A DNA stretch of 62,051 bases, taken from IMG/VR virus record IMGVR_UViG_3300030098_005428, positions 1 through 62,051 of that record, one strand, 5' to 3'. The DNA is from a virus (Duplodnaviria > Caudoviricetes). The first letter of the stretch is position 1; every line of letters starts with the position of its first letter. A program made the position numbers and the translations under genes. Positions 40,519-50,828 of this stretch are shown here, piece by piece. The notes below the pieces were generated by a model. The model did no database searches, was not told the DNA's origin, and saw only the letters and a list, made by a program, of their open reading frames with translations.

Positions 40519-42936
40519 TTATCTAGGATCAAATGCTCCTAAATCAAAATCACCGCTTATAACATCATTATTAGCAGATTCAAATTTCTTTGGTGCTTTA
40601 TCCTTATTTCTTTGATCTATCATTTCAGATTGTTGAGATGCTTGAATTCTAGTTCTTTCATCTTTACGATCTTCTTTGGCGGTTTCTTTTTCTTTAGCAG
40701 ATTCAAGTTCCATTTCTTTTAATCTCATATTAATTTGAAACTCATGATCCATTAGTTCTTTTTTAAGAGCCGCTTCTTGTTGTAATTTATTAGATTCCAT
40801 TTGTGCCTCAGCTTGAGCTAATTGAATTTTTGATTCTGTTAATGCTTGTTGTTTTTGCACTTCAGCTTGAGCTGCTACTTGTTGTGCTTCAGCGTTAGCT
40901 TGTGATTGTGCTTGTATATTTTGTTGTTGTTGAGCTTGATCTCTTTCTATTTTTCTTTTTCTTCTAATTTTTAATACTTGATTAGCTAACTTAACATTTT
41001 TTATAGAACGCACGTCAATAGCATCTTCTAGTTCAATATTTTCTTTTGATAAAGCAACTTGTATATTATTTTCTAACATTTGTTTTTCTTCCTCATCTGG
41101 TTCTAATTCTATAAATATACCAAAATCATATAGATGTAATTCTTTCATCTCTTCTAACGTTGCTACATTATGTCCACCAATTTTTTGAATAAATGCTTCT
41201 TTTGCAGGAGAATATTCTATTATATCAGATACTCTCAACGAGATACATTCCGCTACTTCAGCAGTTAAAAATAATCCAGACTGTAATATATGTCTTGTTG
41301 CAGTGTTACTATTAGCAGCTGCCATTTTTTGTATACCAACTAAAGCATTTTTATCTGGCATAGCAGCATCTCTTGCTTCATTTAACCCAGTCACATCTCT
41401 TATCATTTGTAAATAATAATTATATGTTTGAATTAAATTTTGTAACTTTCCACTACCAGATCCGCTTTGTATTTCTTGAATAGGTATTTTACCTGGATTC
41501 ATATCGCCTTCAGATGTCAACGATCGACCAATAATACTACCGGTTTGGAAAAACATGTTTAACGCTTCTTGTGGATTATAATTTGTTCCGTTACCAAGAT
41601 CAACCTCAGCTAAACCATCAGCATCTAAATATACACCATCAGGAACCATTCTTGCTAGCACTTGCTGTATCTTTAAATGAGTTAATTGAATCATATCAGC
41701 AAAACCAGTTATACGTTTTACTAATGATTCAATTCTACCTTTATATATTCTTGGTGCAACAAGTGAATAATTTAATTTAACCTTTGTGCTATCACTTTTT
41801 GGGCGCATCATGTTTTTTGCCATACCCCACTTAAGTAATTTTTCTTTACCAACTACATAAGCTCCTTCAAATAATACTTCCACAGGTCTAGATATTCTTG
41901 AGAAATTATCAGATTCAGGTGGATTAAAGTTATCATCTTTTTCTAAAGCTTTATCAGCTCCACTTCCAGTTGTTTTTACTTTATATACTTCGTTAATATA
42001 ACTTTTATAACTAAAATATAAGATTTGTATAATATTATTATCAATAGTACTTGTGTCTGGAAGATTTCTATTTGAAATATTATTATTAAATATACCCTGT
42101 TGTTTAATGTCTTCTAACTCATCAACAGTTAAATTAGGAAACTCTTTTACTAACTCATTAATTGGGACAGATTTAACCTCACCAACATAATATAAATCAT
42201 CAAAATACGGTGACGTACTATATGAATATACTACATTAGCTGGATCAACATATTCTACTTTTATGCCATCAGCTTGAGTAAAATTACTTTTTACCGCAGC
42301 AATACCAATAGTTGTTAAATCATAATATAATCTCTTTTTAGTTAGTTCATATTTGTTATCATCAAATATTGTATTAATTGCTTGTTCTTCTGCTAATTCA
42401 ACTGATTGTTTGTAATCCAATTGCATGTGAACAGCTAATTCATCTTCATCCTCTGGTAATTTACTTGGATCATTATTAAACATATTCATACCAAAAGATT
42501 CTTGCATCATGTTATTAATATCACCCATGCGCATATCTTGTAAAATACCCTCCATGTATGAAGTTCTTTTACTTAAACCGAATGGATCTTGTGAGTATGC
42601 TTTTATATCATATGTTCTTTCTGCAATACCATTAACAACAATATCTACAAACTTTGGTATAATAGGTACTGGTTTCCAATCTAAATTTAAATAAGATAAA
42701 TCACCATTAATTGATAATTCATTTTTGTATTTTTCTATAGGTTGTTCTCCTCTTGCATATAAACGAAGTTTGTGGAAATCATCTTTATTAGCATCAAATC
42801 TATTACCGCCAGCATCCTTACTAAACCATTCATGTTCAATTGCTTTAGCTACACTTAATCCATATTCTGCAGATATTTTTGTAGCGTTATCGGCTATTTG
42901 ACTAGGAAAGTGACTTTTTATATCCTTTTCAATCAT
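40519..42936 (-). CDS. Portal protein
   Basis: 805 aa after terminase; LRLYARGEQ, PIIPKFVDIVVNG, Q-rich C-terminal coil. Confidence 0.85.
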   Translation of the reverse strand: MIEKDIKSHFPSQIADNATKISAEYGLSVAKAIEHEWFSKDAGGNRFDANKDDFHKLRLYARGEQPIEKYKNELSINGDLSYLNLDWKPVPIIPKFVDIVVNGIAERTYDIKAYSQDPFGLSKRTSYMEGILQDMRMGDINNMMQESFGMNMFNNDPSKLPEDEDELAVHMQLDYKQSVELAEEQAINTIFDDNKYELTKKRLYYDLTTIGIAAVKSNFTQADGIKVEYVDPANVVYSYSTSPYFDDLYYVGEVKSVPINELVKEFPNLTVDELEDIKQQGIFNNNISNRNLPDTSTIDNNIIQILYFSYKSYINEVYKVKTTGSGADKALEKDDNFNPPESDNFSRISRPVEVLFEGAYVVGKEKLLKWGMAKNMMRPKSDSTKVKLNYSLVAPRIYKGRIESLVKRITGFADMIQLTHLKIQQVLARMVPDGVYLDADGLAEVDLGNGTNYNPQEALNMFFQTGSIIGRSLTSEGDMNPGKIPIQEIQSGSGSGKLQNLIQTYNYYLQMIRDVTGLNEARDAAMPDKNALVGIQKMAAANSNTATRHILQSGLFLTAEVAECISLRVSDIIEYSPAKEAFIQKIGGHNVATLEEMKELHLYDFGIFIELEPDEEEKQMLENNIQVALSKENIELEDAIDVRSIKNVKLANQVLKIRRKRKIERDQAQQQQNIQAQSQANAEAQQVAAQAEVQKQQALTESKIQLAQAEAQMESNKLQQEAALKKELMDHEFQINMRLKEMELESAKEKETAKEDRKDERTRIQASQQSEMIDQRNKDKAPKKFESANNDVISGDFDLGAFDPR

Positions 42937-45157
42937 AATTCTTTATTAATTTCGATATTGTACCTTTATTACTATATTTAGCAATACTGATGTTTACTTT
43001 TTCTTTTTCTATTGTTGCGTTTGGTTTATACAAATGTCTATTACATGCCATAATAGCTAAACCTGAACTTATCGTGGCATCAAACGCTGTTCTTTTATTT
43101 ATATCAAACCTAGCCCAATCATTTAACGTTGCATTAAAATACATATTACCATAACCCTCACCCTTATGTCCAACGTGTTCTTGAATATACATTTCAATTG
43201 CTGCTGCGTGAGCTTGTTTTATATCTTCACTTGAGTTTGGTATACCACCTATTTCCTTTTCAGCTACAGATAATTTGTTCCAAACTTTATCAGGTCTATT
43301 CATACTAAACCCTCTATAACCTCTTCTTCTTAAATAATATAATAATCGAGGTTTATTATTTTCAGCTAGTATTGGCATACCATAAAAATGCAATGCCATT
43401 AAAACATCTTCAAAAAATATTTCAGCCGTTTGGGGTCTAGCTATATATTCTAAGAAAAAATGATTAGCAGGAACCTCTTCCATACTAAATTTTGTTAACC
43501 CATGTAAAGAACCTTTTGAACCCTTACCATCTACTGTTCCTGATATATCATAACTATCACAACCAAAAGCACCTATATGTTCATTTGCTGGATATTTAAT
43601 ACCGTTTTTTACAGTATATTTATTTTGTAAATGTTGTGGTGGCACCCAACTAACCTTAAATCTTCCTTTTGGATCAGGGTAAAATATTACATTAGAATCT
43701 TTTATACCACTAACCCATTGAAAATTTCCTTTAGATATATCTGCTGCACTTTTTGCTTCTTCATTATAATCAATTTGCTCGTATATTTTAACAAGATTAA
43801 ATATACTATTATTTGCCTCATCTCTAAAAGCGTGTTCTTCGGTTCTTGGAAATTGACGATAAAATTCATTCAAAGCATCTTGATCACTTTTTAAACCATC
43901 AACTTCATTTTCCCAATGATCTATAACACCAGTATCAATTAATTCATCATAAAAATCATATTCAGGTTTGCTTGGTGTATCAAATACTGGAATACCGTGT
44001 TTATTCATAAAACCCTCATAGTTCCATTCCATTGGTATAAACAAACTATATAAACCAGATTTAGTTTGTCCATTTTTATTTCTTTTTGTTACATCAGAAT
44101 CTCTATATAATTTTTTAAAATTATCACCACCTTTATCTAATGCGTTCGATGTACTTCCCATCATACACTTACCGATAACTCTACTACCTAATCGTAAACA
44201 TGTTTTTGTTACTCTCCAGTTGTTTAATATATTATCAGGTCTTTCCCATTTACCACTCTCATCATGTACTAATAAATTAAGTTTTTCTCCATCATAACTA
44301 TTATCACCAGTATTTTTCCAATCAATTGTTGTATCTAAACCTACAATTTCCTCAATCTGTTCATTCGTTTGAAGTTTCTTACGAGTAAATTTTTGAGCCG
44401 GGACCCTATATGCAAGTTCAGTTTTTGGTCGATCCATACCATCCTGAATCGGTTTAAAGAAAAACGGGTAATTAACAGATATTGGTACAACCTTATCTGT
44501 AAACATCTTTTTAGCATCCCAACCAGTCTTTGATAATATACCATATCTTGCATCACTCGAGATAGTAGCAGCATTAACTGCTTCCGCGCTTGCCATAAAC
44601 GAGAAACCAGATCGTCTATTTTTAAGGTAACATATTCCATAAGCGCGTTTATCTGCTTTGCAAGCTTCCCAAAATATATAGAATAATCTGTTAGATTCTC
44701 TAAACTCAGGAGCACCCACGTCAATTTTTGACCACTGAAGATACATATAGTGAGTACCGGTAATGTAAGTAGGCTTACCATTATTATTAAACCAAAAACC
44801 ATGTTCTCTACGATTGAATTCTTCATTTATGTAATCAAACCATTTATCTTTATGTTCGTTGGGATAATCTCTCCAGTCAAAAATGGTTTTTACATTTTTT
44901 AATGCTTTTGGATATTCAAACTGTTCCCAATACTGCTCTTGTTTCTTTTTAGATCTACTATAAACTTTAGTAGCAGGAGGTAAAGCTATTTTAAGATTTT
45001 GTATCTCATATATTTCTCCTATCACTCCTGTTTTACTTATGACTATAATATCGTGTTCTTTATTATAACCATATTTCCATTTCTTACTTTTATTAAGTCT
45101 TTTAAGTGTATTAATTCTTATTGGCTCAATAATTTTATATAAAGTCTGTTTGTACAT
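42929..45157 (-). CDS. Terminase large subunit
   Basis: KNRRSGFS (Walker A-like), LLVHDESGKW (Walker B), GSTSN, nuclease GCDSYD and FDATISSG. Confidence 0.9.
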   Translation of the reverse strand: MYKQTLYKIIEPIRINTLKRLNKSKKWKYGYNKEHDIIVISKTGVIGEIYEIQNLKIALPPATKVYSRSKKKQEQYWEQFEYPKALKNVKTIFDWRDYPNEHKDKWFDYINEEFNRREHGFWFNNNGKPTYITGTHYMYLQWSKIDVGAPEFRESNRLFYIFWEACKADKRAYGICYLKNRRSGFSFMASAEAVNAATISSDARYGILSKTGWDAKKMFTDKVVPISVNYPFFFKPIQDGMDRPKTELAYRVPAQKFTRKKLQTNEQIEEIVGLDTTIDWKNTGDNSYDGEKLNLLVHDESGKWERPDNILNNWRVTKTCLRLGSRVIGKCMMGSTSNALDKGGDNFKKLYRDSDVTKRNKNGQTKSGLYSLFIPMEWNYEGFMNKHGIPVFDTPSKPEYDFYDELIDTGVIDHWENEVDGLKSDQDALNEFYRQFPRTEEHAFRDEANNSIFNLVKIYEQIDYNEEAKSAADISKGNFQWVSGIKDSNVIFYPDPKGRFKVSWVPPQHLQNKYTVKNGIKYPANEHIGAFGCDSYDISGTVDGKGSKGSLHGLTKFSMEEVPANHFFLEYIARPQTAEIFFEDVLMALHFYGMPILAENNKPRLLYYLRRRGYRGFSMNRPDKVWNKLSVAEKEIGGIPNSSEDIKQAHAAAIEMYIQEHVGHKGEGYGNMYFNATLNDWARFDINKRTAFDATISSGLAIMACNRHLYKPNATIEKEKVNISIAKYSNKGTISKLIKNYD

Positions 45158-45429
45158 TATTTAGATCTTCTTTCCGCAAACCCTTGAAAAGTACTTTCTT
45201 TTTGTGTTGTGGGTTTATCTTCTAATATATTTTTTTCTTCTTCAATTCTGTTTAATATCTCAAACGCGTCAAAAATAGCTAATTTTTTAGTAGCTGCAGC
45301 ATTTTTTAATCTATCAGCAGAAACATCATCCTCTGAATCAACTATTTTTTCTTTTGCTACTTTAATTAATTCATCAACCGCTTTATAACCAGCTTGGATT
45401 ATATTCTTTTTCTTGTCCTTGATATTCAT
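45157..45429 (-). CDS. Hypothetical protein (possible terminase small subunit)
   Basis: Helical 90 aa ORF coupled to the large subunit. Confidence 0.45.
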   Translation of the reverse strand: MNIKDKKKNIIQAGYKAVDELIKVAKEKIVDSEDDVSADRLKNAAATKKLAIFDAFEILNRIEEEKNILEDKPTTQKESTFQGFAERRSK

Positions 45430-45973
45430 ATTTAATTGAAATTGAATTTGTTAATACTCTATATAATCTCTCTCCATTAATAATAAACTCGTATTTACTA
45501 TTAGGAGTAAAACCTATTAAATCTTCTGATTTAATATCTTTAAGGCTATTGTCACAATATTTCATTATACCGATTAATGGTTGTTCTTTATCAATACTAA
45601 ATTTATCATATGATTTAATTGGTTTAACAAAACAATATCCACTTAAAGCTTTCCAGTTATTATTTCTCTTGTATGCAAATATTTGATCTTCTTTTACCGC
45701 ATACATATTTTCGTTAATATAACTTCTACTGTTTTGTTCTCTACCATGTACATTATGAAATCTTCTAAAGACATTATGGTGAACAATTACCTCATCATTT
45801 ACTTGTATCTCTGTTTTACCTATAGAAGGTAAAGATAAAACAACACCAATTCTATTAACATATTGATGGTGTGCTATTTCACTATTTAATATTAATTCTT
45901 TATCACCTATTTTCTTTTTATTATTATACCTACTTCCCTTTGGTTTAATAATAAAATCATATAAGCTTTGCAT
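45383..45973 (-). CDS. GroES-like fold protein
   Basis: G.V...P....I...DEVIVHH pattern, apparently in two modules. Confidence 0.45.
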   Translation of the reverse strand: MQSLYDFIIKPKGSRYNNKKKIGDKELILNSEIAHHQYVNRIGVVLSLPSIGKTEIQVNDEVIVHHNVFRRFHNVHGREQNSRSYINENMYAVKEDQIFAYKRNNNWKALSGYCFVKPIKSYDKFSIDKEQPLIGIMKYCDNSLKDIKSEDLIGFTPNSKYEFIINGERLYRVLTNSISIKYEYQGQEKEYNPSWL

Positions 45974-46191
45974 TAATATTCTAAATTATACTCAATTGAT
46001 ACTGCCATATTTTTATTAAAATCTTTCCATGGTAGTACGTCATCTTGTTTTTTGATATAAATACTGTATTTAGTATCTTCTTCGATTATATCACAAATTG
46101 TATGTCCCCCGTAAACTTCTTGACCTACAGCATAATGCATAGCTTCGTTTTTATAATCTTTACCGATACTAATTTTTCTTATTAGTTTCAT
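45973..46191 (-). CDS. Hypothetical protein
   Basis: Coupled ORF, IRKISIG.DYK..AMHY.VGQ. Confidence 0.6.
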   Translation of the reverse strand: MKLIRKISIGKDYKNEAMHYAVGQEVYGGHTICDIIEEDTKYSIYIKKQDDVLPWKDFNKNMAVSIEYNLEY

Positions 46192-46441
46192 CTGTAGGTA
46201 TTTCTTTTAAAGTTCCATCTTCTACGTTAACACTAACTTCTCCGTATTTATTTTTCAATTTAGCTTCTAATTCAACTAAATCTTTTCTAAATTGATTAAA
46301 TCTTTCAACTGCCATTGATTTATTAATTTCTAATTCACCAATTTGCATTCTAAGTTTGTTAACTGCTGTTACTAATGATTGAAGATCTTGCAATTCATCA
46401 CTGGTAACTTTTAAATCTTCAGTTTTCTTTTTATTTGCCAT
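46169..46441 (-). CDS. Small coiled-coil protein
   Basis: Heptads; KYGEVSVNVEDG. Confidence 0.6.
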   Translation of the reverse strand: MANKKKTEDLKVTSDELQDLQSLVTAVNKLRMQIGELEINKSMAVERFNQFRKDLVELEAKLKNKYGEVSVNVEDGTLKEIPTDETNKKN

Positions 46442-46473
46442 AATTTTCTATTTAATTTAAATTAATTCACTCG

Positions 46474-46488
46474 TTTATATTATCACGC
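46474..46488 (-). promoter_or_regulatory. Putative late promoter motif (GCGTGATAATATAAA)
   Basis: Shared intergenic motif. Confidence 0.4.
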
Positions 46489-46502
46489 AATTGTCACACT
46501 TT

Positions 46503-47411
46503 TTACTTCTTAACAACTTTCTTTTTTGGCTGAACAATAAACCAGTCCTTGTATACATCACGTTTTTCACAAATATAATCCATATACTTATCTACTTTTT
46601 CTTTCCAATTCTTATCTACCATTGGATTAACAATGCCAGATTTAGGACTAGAAAAACATTTATTTATATAATCTTTTATATGATGTTGATTTGTAAATAA
46701 ATATTTATTAATAGATTCGAAAGATCCTGCTGTTAAAGTATTCCATGTATCAATAGGTTCTATTCTTTTTCCTAAAACAGCCGCGTAAATGGCACTTTCA
46801 CTTATATGTGTTGTATATACCGCTTTAGCTTTTTGTAAATAATAATACATATCAACTTCTCTAGGTAAAATGTTACTTTCACCAAAAAAATCTTTTAACT
46901 CACCAATTATTTGATGTGTTGTTATTGGATGTGGTTTAAAATATACATTATTACCATGTTTCTTAGATATAGCTTTCAATCTATTTAAGCAAACATTAGT
47001 TTTAACTTTATTTGAACCAGGTAAAACAACTAAATAATCTTTAGCTGGCCATTTTTCTATTTCTTCTTTTCTACCCTCATATTTATTTGCTAGCTTTGAC
47101 TGTATGTTATTTACTAAGTATGATGACCAATCATCTGGGTTTTTAACATTATCATCCCAAGCATCCATTAATTGTTCTCCTCTGAGCTTTGAATTTAATG
47201 GTTGAAAGTAAAAATTAGTAGCAAATTCTGTATATCCCATAGTTTTAAAATAAGGCATTTCTTCTGCCATTACATCATAACTAGTTTCTAAAAATCTTTC
47301 ACTACACTTACGTAAGCAATAACCCTCAACTTGTTCTAATTCATCAAGAGCTTTACTTTTTTTAAGTCGTCCTATTCTTTGAGATAAGACCTTTTGATTA
47401 AACATTTCCAT
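46503..47411 (-). CDS. KpsS/KpsC-like (GT-B) glycosyltransferase, candidate Kdo transferase
   Basis: VYFKPHP and AVYTTHISESAIYAAVLGK resemble the C-terminal half of the capsule-synthesis family. Confidence 0.55.
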   Translation of the reverse strand: MEMFNQKVLSQRIGRLKKSKALDELEQVEGYCLRKCSERFLETSYDVMAEEMPYFKTMGYTEFATNFYFQPLNSKLRGEQLMDAWDDNVKNPDDWSSYLVNNIQSKLANKYEGRKEEIEKWPAKDYLVVLPGSNKVKTNVCLNRLKAISKKHGNNVYFKPHPITTHQIIGELKDFFGESNILPREVDMYYYLQKAKAVYTTHISESAIYAAVLGKRIEPIDTWNTLTAGSFESINKYLFTNQHHIKDYINKCFSSPKSGIVNPMVDKNWKEKVDKYMDYICEKRDVYKDWFIVQPKKKVVKK

Positions 47412-47437
47412 ATTATTAAATTTAATTTATATTCGTA

Positions 47438-47452
47438 TTTATATTATTACAT
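47438..47452 (-). promoter_or_regulatory. Putative late promoter motif (ATGTAATAATATAAA)
   Basis: Shared intergenic motif. Confidence 0.4.
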
Positions 47453-47470
47453 ATTTTTTAAGTTTTCTAC

Positions 47471-49732
47471 CTATCCAGTAGATCGAATCAAATTTTCTCT
47501 TTCTGTAGAATAATCTGTTCGATAAGTATTGTACCAAGATTTTGTTGTATTATAACTAGTTGTAGTATTATAAGTTGTAACTGTAGCTGTAGTTGTATTA
47601 AATGTTGTGGTTGTACTTTTAGTAGTATTATACGCTGTACTAGTAGATCTAGTTGTTTCATAAGCAGTAGAAAACAAAGTTATGGTATTGGTTGTTGTAT
47701 TAAACGTAGTTGTGGTTGATTTACTAGTTGACCATGTTGTAGCAGTTGCAGTTTGCGTATTGTATGTAGTTGTAGTAGATTTTGATGTTATGGTTGATGT
47801 GTTAAATGTTGTTGTTGTACTAGTTGACGTATTATATGCAGTTGCTGTTGTTTTAGATGTTTCATACGCAGTTGTAGTACTTCTACTTGTCGCCCACGTT
47901 GTTACAAAAATTGTTGTAGTAGCTGTTTGAGTATTAAATGTTGTAGTTGTATTAGTGCTAGTATTGTATGTTGTTGAAGTTGTTTTACTTGTCTCAAACG
48001 TTGTGGTTGTGTTAGTGCTTGTATTGTATGTTGTGTTAAACGCGGTTGTGGTTGCTGTTGTTGTATTAAATACTGTACTTGTAGATTTATTTGTTGCCCA
48101 TGTGGTTGTAGTGGACTTACTAGTTATTGAACTTGTTTCAAATATTGTTGTTCTACTTGTTTCCCATGTGGTGGTATAAACTGTATTTGTTGCTGTTTGT
48201 GTATTGTATACCGTTGTCGTGCTCTTACTAGTGGACCACGTGGTTGTTGTTCCAGTAGAAGTATTAAATGTTGTAGTTGTGTTTGTACTCGTATTATAAG
48301 TTGTACTAGTAGCTTTACTTGTAATAGTTGACGTATTAAACGTAGTGGTTGTAGCTGTTTGTGTATTATACGTAGTTGTAGTATTAGTAGTTGTATTATA
48401 CGTAGTTGTAGTGTTTTTGTTGGTACTCCATGTTGTTGTAGTAGATTTACTTGTTATAGTACTAGTATTAAAAGCAGTTGTTGTGCTTTTACTTGTAGAC
48501 CAAGTTGTAGTGGTTGACTTACTTGTTGATACAACTGTGTTTGTACTTTTACTAGTTGTAGTGGATGTATTAAACACCGTTGTTGTTGCTGTAGAAGTAT
48601 TGTATGTTGTACTAGTTGCTTTTGTGGTATTATAAGTCGTTGTGGTAGATTTACTAGTTGATACAGTTGTGCTTGTACTAGTATTATACGTAGTTGTTGT
48701 TGCAGTTGATGTATTGAATGTAGTAGTAGTTGCCGTGGTAGTATTATATACCGTCGTTGTACTTTTAGATGTAGAAACTACTGTATTTGTACTTCTTGTT
48801 GTAGCTGTTGTTGTGTTAAATGTAGTTGTTGTGCTCTTTGAAGTTGACCACTCAGTAGATGTTGATTTACTAGTACTTACCACCGTTGCAGTTTGTGTGT
48901 TATATGTTGTGGTAGTGGCAGTTGATGTGTTAAATGTAGTTGTTGTAGCGGTTGTTGTATTATAAGCTGTTGATGTAGCTTTTGACGTAGATACAACCGT
49001 GTTAGTACTTTTGCTTGTTACCGTACTGGTATTATATGCTGTTGATGTAGATTTTGATGTAGACCAAGTTGTGGTTGTACTCTTTGTAGTTAATGTACTT
49101 GTGTTATATGTAGTTGTGGTGCTAGTGCTAGTGTTGTAAGCTGTGGTTGTATTAAATGTTGTTGTTGTGTCGTATGTTGTAGTTGTATTTGTGCTGGTAT
49201 TAAAAGTTGTAGTCGTGCCTATTGTAGTTGTGGTTGTTGTATTAAATGTCGTTGTGGTAGCTGTACTAGTATTATAAGCTGTTGCTGTGGTTTTTGATGT
49301 TGATGTACTTCTAGTTGTTGCTGTTGATTTAGTAGTATTGTAAGTTGTAGTTGTATTTATTGTAGTGGTTGTTGAGGTATTAAACGTGGTAGTTCTACTA
49401 GTTGCCCAACTAGTTCCTGTAGAGCGAGAAGTTGATGTTGATCTTGTTGTTTGTTTAGAAGTACTTTGACTTGTTGACCACGTGGTTGTGAAAGTAGTTG
49501 TAGTATTAAATGTTGTTGTGGTACTATGACTAGTTTGCCATGATGTAGTTGTACTTCTACTAGTAGCCCAAGTCGTAGTAGTATTAAACGTTGTAGTTGT
49601 ATTTTGACTTGTAGCATATGTGGTTGATCTACTAGTACCAACAGTATAATTTGTTTGTGGTGTGGTAATTGTAGTACTTGTGTTTCTTGATGTATTTTTT
49701 TGAGTTGATACACAGGTTTGAGTATTAGGCAT
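47471..49732 (-). CDS. Thr-rich repeat protein B (753 aa), antiparallel partner of protein A
   Basis: Even-length units (YNTSTNTTTT, WSTSKSTTTT, VVSTSK); synonymous codon variation; start overlaps upstream stop. Confidence 0.85.
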   Translation of the reverse strand: MPNTQTCVSTQKNTSRNTSTTITTPQTNYTVGTSRSTTYATSQNTTTTFNTTTTWATSRSTTTSWQTSHSTTTTFNTTTTFTTTWSTSQSTSKQTTRSTSTSRSTGTSWATSRTTTFNTSTTTTINTTTTYNTTKSTATTRSTSTSKTTATAYNTSTATTTTFNTTTTTTIGTTTTFNTSTNTTTTYDTTTTFNTTTAYNTSTSTTTTYNTSTLTTKSTTTTWSTSKSTSTAYNTSTVTSKSTNTVVSTSKATSTAYNTTTATTTTFNTSTATTTTYNTQTATVVSTSKSTSTEWSTSKSTTTTFNTTTATTRSTNTVVSTSKSTTTVYNTTTATTTTFNTSTATTTTYNTSTSTTVSTSKSTTTTYNTTKATSTTYNTSTATTTVFNTSTTTSKSTNTVVSTSKSTTTTWSTSKSTTTAFNTSTITSKSTTTTWSTNKNTTTTYNTTTNTTTTYNTQTATTTTFNTSTITSKATSTTYNTSTNTTTTFNTSTGTTTTWSTSKSTTTVYNTQTATNTVYTTTWETSRTTIFETSSITSKSTTTTWATNKSTSTVFNTTTATTTAFNTTYNTSTNTTTTFETSKTTSTTYNTSTNTTTTFNTQTATTTIFVTTWATSRSTTTAYETSKTTATAYNTSTSTTTTFNTSTITSKSTTTTYNTQTATATTWSTSKSTTTTFNTTTNTITLFSTAYETTRSTSTAYNTTKSTTTTFNTTTATVTTYNTTTSYNTTKSWYNTYRTDYSTERENLIRSTG

Positions 49733-50810
49733 CTGTAAATCCTCCTTTCTTAATTAAAATATTATTAATAAAATAATTATAATCACTTTGCACGTGGCTA
49801 ATATTATAAGCATTATCATCACTACTATCAAATTCTAATTTTGTTATTTCAACTTCAGTGTTATCCACTCTATATAACTTATCTCCAACCACTAATTCGT
49901 TTACATTCTTCTCAACCCAAGATCCATCGCGCTTTACTACCATGGGTTGATTACCAGATACTATTAGTAAATCATCATTAATTTTCCACATACCATAACA
50001 TACAACACTCCAACAAGTAAGATCACTTCCCGCATATGTTAAAACGGGATTCGCAGGATCTTCACATGTTAATACACTATATGCTTGTCCAGCTTTTTCA
50101 ATTTCAATTTGTCCAACTAATTTTTCTGAATAATGAAGGAGTTTAGACCCATTAACAAAACCAGGTATTTTCTTTAATTCAGGTGTTAAAGTTAAAACTG
50201 GTAACTTCATTGTAGTTTGATTAAAATATGTATTTTCTGGTGGATCAACTGTAATGTTTGTAAATTGAACATCATTTGCCCATGATGTTGGTTCAGTACA
50301 ATCAAAAAGCATAAAGGGATCTGTTGTACCAGCTGTAAAATTCCACCATGTTACCTTACAATTTGGCTTAGCTTTATTTCTAGCAAAATGACGAAATTTA
50401 GTATGTAATAAATCGTCTGCATATGCAAATAGTTGAAATATTGCATCGTAACGAGTATAGTGTTCAGACATTAAAGTCCACCAAGTATCTTCAACAATTC
50501 TAACATTTGATTTACCAACAGCCCAAGCTTTTGCTTTTGTTATCAACTCAGGGTGTGATTCTGTTATAGTATGTGATGCAGGATTTCTTGCTTGAATAGC
50601 ATCAGCTAACATACCCATACCAAAACCACATTCTAAAACATGATCACCAGCCTCGACGCATAGCTCGGCCGCCTTAGTGTGTATCGGTTGTTCCCATGAC
50701 ATTTGAATTTCTCTTGTGTCATTTAAATCCGAAGCCCAAGTAATCTTATCACTAGCAAATGTTAAATTTGCTTCTAAATACGCCTTTCGTCTAACTGCTG
50801 GATCTACCAT
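49725..50810 (-). CDS. Class I SAM methyltransferase (GAMT/RMT2-like) fused to a degenerate Hint domain
   Basis: MSWEQPI, VLECGFGMG, HTITESHP; C-terminal ELVVGD...YNI...YNYFINNILIKK. Confidence 0.7.
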   Translation of the reverse strand: MVDPAVRRKAYLEANLTFASDKITWASDLNDTREIQMSWEQPIHTKAAELCVEAGDHVLECGFGMGMLADAIQARNPASHTITESHPELITKAKAWAVGKSNVRIVEDTWWTLMSEHYTRYDAIFQLFAYADDLLHTKFRHFARNKAKPNCKVTWWNFTAGTTDPFMLFDCTEPTSWANDVQFTNITVDPPENTYFNQTTMKLPVLTLTPELKKIPGFVNGSKLLHYSEKLVGQIEIEKAGQAYSVLTCEDPANPVLTYAGSDLTCWSVVCYGMWKINDDLLIVSGNQPMVVKRDGSWVEKNVNELVVGDKLYRVDNTEVEITKLEFDSSDDNAYNISHVQSDYNYFINNILIKKGGFTDA

Positions 50811-50828
50811 ATTTCTTATATTTACATG

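Noticed and set aside
16462-44826. Numerous short + strand and out-of-frame ORFs inside structural genes
   Set aside because: Antisense or frame shadows of long genes, with no recognisable motifs.
49725-50170. Active intein
   Set aside because: Lacks the N-terminal Cys/Ser, block-B His and terminal His-Asn, and has no real C-extein.
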